This document shows positions 34,559-36,740 of a stretch of 36,740 bases of DNA, piece after piece. This stretch comes from a virus (Duplodnaviria > Caudoviricetes): the IMG/VR virus record IMGVR_UViG_3300042868_014222, positions 1 through 36,740 of that record, one strand, 5' to 3'. The translations under genes and the position numbers were made by a program. The notes beneath the pieces were generated by a model. The model saw nothing but the letters and a program-made list of their open reading frames with translations, had not been told where the DNA came from and searched no databases. Numbering within the stretch: position 1 is the first letter of the stretch; every line of letters starts with the position of its first letter.

Positions 34559-35004
34559 TTGACGCTCGCTCCCAGAAGAACCTCGATACGCTCCTCCCCA
34601 AGGTGCGCCCCGTCATGGAGGCTTTTGTCTTGGAGGCCAAAAAGCACTTCCAAGAGAAGGGTGTGGATTGTGTCGTCATCTGCGGAACCCGTACCTACGC
34701 GGAACAGGATGCCCTGTACGCACAGGGACGCACCAAGCCGGGTAAGATAGTTACGAAGGCCAGAGGTGGCGAAAGCCGACACAATTTCGGCCTCGCAATC
34801 GACCTTGGGTTATTCGTAGGAGGAAAGTACCTAGAGGACTCTCCCTTCTACGATCACATCGGGGCTATCGTCGCCAAGTTTCCTGCGCTGGAATGGGGAG
34901 GTGCTTGGAAGTTCGTCGATGAACCGCACGTTGAGTTTAAGACCGGCCTCACGCTTGCTCAAATGCGCGAACGGGTAAAGACCGGCAAGCCAATCGTAGC
35001 ATGA
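34555..35004 (+). CDS. Endolysin, peptidase M15 (L-Ala-D-Glu peptidase-like)
   Basis: RTYAEQDALYAQGRTKPG.IVT.ARGGESRHNFGLAID, EWGG.W..VDEPHVE; start ATG 34555. Confidence 0.92.
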   Translation: MIDARSQKNLDTLLPKVRPVMEAFVLEAKKHFQEKGVDCVVICGTRTYAEQDALYAQGRTKPGKIVTKARGGESRHNFGLAIDLGLFVGGKYLEDSPFYDHIGAIVAKFPALEWGGAWKFVDEPHVEFKTGLTLAQMRERVKTGKPIVA

Positions 35005-35189
35005 ACAACGAGACCGCAAGCAACTGCCTGCAAGAGATCCTTGAGGCTATCGACGGTGGTGCTGCCGCCAATGTCGTAGGCGCTACCGCAATCGCGAATC
35101 GTGATGCCATCCGCAAGGCCGTGAAGACACTCAAGCCCAAAAGCCGCCCCCGCGAGTCAACCGAGGACGAGGACTACTACTACTTTTAA
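35001..35189 (+). CDS. Hypothetical protein
   Basis: ATGA-coupled to the endolysin. Confidence 0.6.
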   Translation: MNNETASNCLQEILEAIDGGAAANVVGATAIANRDAIRKAVKTLKPKSRPRESTEDEDYYYF

Positions 35190-35190
35190 A

Positions 35191-35508
35191 ATGACACCAG
35201 AACGAGACGCAGAAGACATCTGGGGTGACGCATCCCAAAAGGGAATCGCCAAGTACCACTCGGGGCAAGCCGAACACAAGACGGCATTCTGGTCAGCGGG
35301 TGCCGAGTGGTACGCCGATCAGCTTGAAGACGAAATCCTCGACCTCGTTTCGTACTTTCACCACCTCCGCAAAAGGTTGAAGGCGATCCGCGCCGTCTCC
35401 GAACTCATGGCAACCGACGAGGTGGGCTTACACGAAGCGGCAGGAATGATTAAAGACCTCACAGACGCCCACCCTCCCCGTCACCGTCACAAGCAAAGCA
35501 ACGACTAG
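35191..35508 (+). CDS. All-alpha NTP pyrophosphatase (MazG/dUTPase-like) small protein
   Basis: KGIAKY..GQ.EH....LEDEILDLVSY resembles the EExxD metal-binding helix. Confidence 0.5.
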   Translation: MTPERDAEDIWGDASQKGIAKYHSGQAEHKTAFWSAGAEWYADQLEDEILDLVSYFHHLRKRLKAIRAVSELMATDEVGLHEAAGMIKDLTDAHPPRHRHKQSND

Positions 35509-36513
35509 ATGGCGAACATCACCCACAAGTGGAAGCGCCTGATGGCTGCGTCGTGCAGTCATGCTCGTTACGTCGATAAAGAAGCATGGAATGCCGTCCT
35601 TACCTTCAAAGAGCGATTTAAGCCGACGACCACGTTGCACCTGGGCGATTTCGTTGACCTGACTTCCCTCATGAGTGGCGCCAAGGGAGTCTCCGAGGCC
35701 GAGCCGTTAATCCCCGATATTGATACCGGCCTGCAACACCTCCGAGAGCTACGACCGCAAATCGTGCTTTGCGGAAACCATGAGGTGAGAGCGTTTCGGG
35801 CAAGGTCATCCCCCCAAGCCCCTGTTGCCTATGCAGCGCACAAGATCGTCGAGGCTATGGAGCAGACTTGCCAAAAGCTCAAGGCCCGTCTCGTTCCCTA
35901 CGATGGCATTTTCCAGATGGTAGATATTGCCGACATCGGGTTCACGCACGGCAGCATCTTCAATGAGATGGCAAGCCGCGACATGGCGGAGACCTACTGC
36001 AACGGCAAGCGAACCAAGGTAGCGTTCGGACACACCCATAAGGTCTCCATCCAATCGTCACGCACCATGACAGGGGGGACGGGTTACAACATCGGCACCC
36101 TTACCCAGAGAGGCGGCATGGACTATGCCAATACACGCCGTGCCACCCTCGCGTGGACGCAAGCCTTCCTATGGGGGGAATACTGCGAGGAGCTAAACCA
36201 ATCATCGCTGCACATAACCCAACGCAACCCCAACGAGACATGGCGACTGCCCCCTTTGAAAACCGCAAACGACTGGCTTGCCATCCTCTCCAACGCCGGC
36301 AAGAAAACTGCCGACGAGGTTCCTCCAGGGTTTAAGACCGTTGCCCAGATCGCCAAGGAAACAGGCAAATCCAACTGCCAAACCAACAAGCATCTCCGCG
36401 AGGCCGTGAAGCTCGGCCTAGTCGAAAGGCGCAAGTTCGTCATCACCACCGGCTACAAACTCTACCCCGTGCCTCACTTTCGCATATGCAATTCCCGAAA
36501 ACCATCCGCCTGA
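35509..36513 (+). CDS. Calcineurin-like metallophosphoesterase with C-terminal winged-helix extension
   Basis: SCSH, LGDFVD, GNHE, HG, GHTH; C-terminal FKTVAQIAKETGKS..QT..HLR..V..GLVE. Confidence 0.85.
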   Translation: MANITHKWKRLMAASCSHARYVDKEAWNAVLTFKERFKPTTTLHLGDFVDLTSLMSGAKGVSEAEPLIPDIDTGLQHLRELRPQIVLCGNHEVRAFRARSSPQAPVAYAAHKIVEAMEQTCQKLKARLVPYDGIFQMVDIADIGFTHGSIFNEMASRDMAETYCNGKRTKVAFGHTHKVSIQSSRTMTGGTGYNIGTLTQRGGMDYANTRRATLAWTQAFLWGEYCEELNQSSLHITQRNPNETWRLPPLKTANDWLAILSNAGKKTADEVPPGFKTVAQIAKETGKSNCQTNKHLREAVKLGLVERRKFVITTGYKLYPVPHFRICNSRKPSA

Positions 36514-36740
36514 CGGAGAAGAAGCTCGGCAAGCACAAGGCCGTGGGTCAAGTCACCTTCGGCAAGGTGCCTCATATAGAAATCGACCCTCGCCAAAAAG
36601 CGGCAGACCGTCTTGATACCGTAGTCCATGAATGCGTTCATATCATCTGGCCCGAACTCGCGGAGGAGGATGTCATCAAGGTAGGCAACCGCATTTCGTC
36701 GGTGCTTTGGGCGGATGGTTGGCGTAGGATCATGGAGTGA
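36486..36740 (+). CDS. Small zincin-like (HExxH) protein
   Basis: IEIDPRQ....LDTVVHECVH...P...EE.V. Confidence 0.75.
   Translation: MQFPKTIRLTEKKLGKHKAVGQVTFGKVPHIEIDPRQKAADRLDTVVHECVHIIWPELAEEDVIKVGNRISSVLWADGWRRIME

Larger units (their letters stand above)
1..36740 (+). mobile_element. Temperate podovirus-like phage/prophage genome (near complete, att sites not visible)
   Basis: Contiguous integrase, immunity, recombination, replication, packaging, head, short-tail, fibre and lysis modules; no host housekeeping genes. Confidence 0.95.

Noticed and set aside
1-36740. attL/attR or terminal repeats
   Set aside because: Window starts and ends exactly at gene boundaries; no flanking sequence to evaluate.

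Overview
The window reads as one near-complete temperate phage (prophage) genome, from an integrase ATG at base 1 to a stop codon at 36740, with almost all genes on the + strand. Gene order: tyrosine integrase; divergent RHH repressor/excisionase switch; RecT-like and Cas4-like recombination genes; Holliday junction resolvase; replication initiator and DnaB (no DNA or RNA polymerase); TerS and TerL; podovirus-type morphogenesis (portal, scaffold, major capsid, tail tubular A and B, three ejection proteins including a 2315-aa polyvalent protein with ART-like and GNAT cassettes); tail fibres; holin and M15 endolysin; and a terminal MazG-like/metallophosphoesterase/HExxH trio. The most unusual material is non-coding. 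(1) A 540-bp gap in the head operon (15374-15911) holds about 165 bp tiled back-to-back with 8-9 different imperfect palindromes, an antisense tRNA-shaped RNA with no usable anticodon loop, and a pseudoknotted capsid leader. (2) A P4-CI/P1-C4-like attenuator with a 20-aa leader peptide precedes the replication genes. (3) A WGTTAGY/RCTAACW motif recurs at most internal promoter-like regions. All product calls come from motif recognition by eye, with no database searches. The host is not determined; Verrucomicrobiota is a weak inference.
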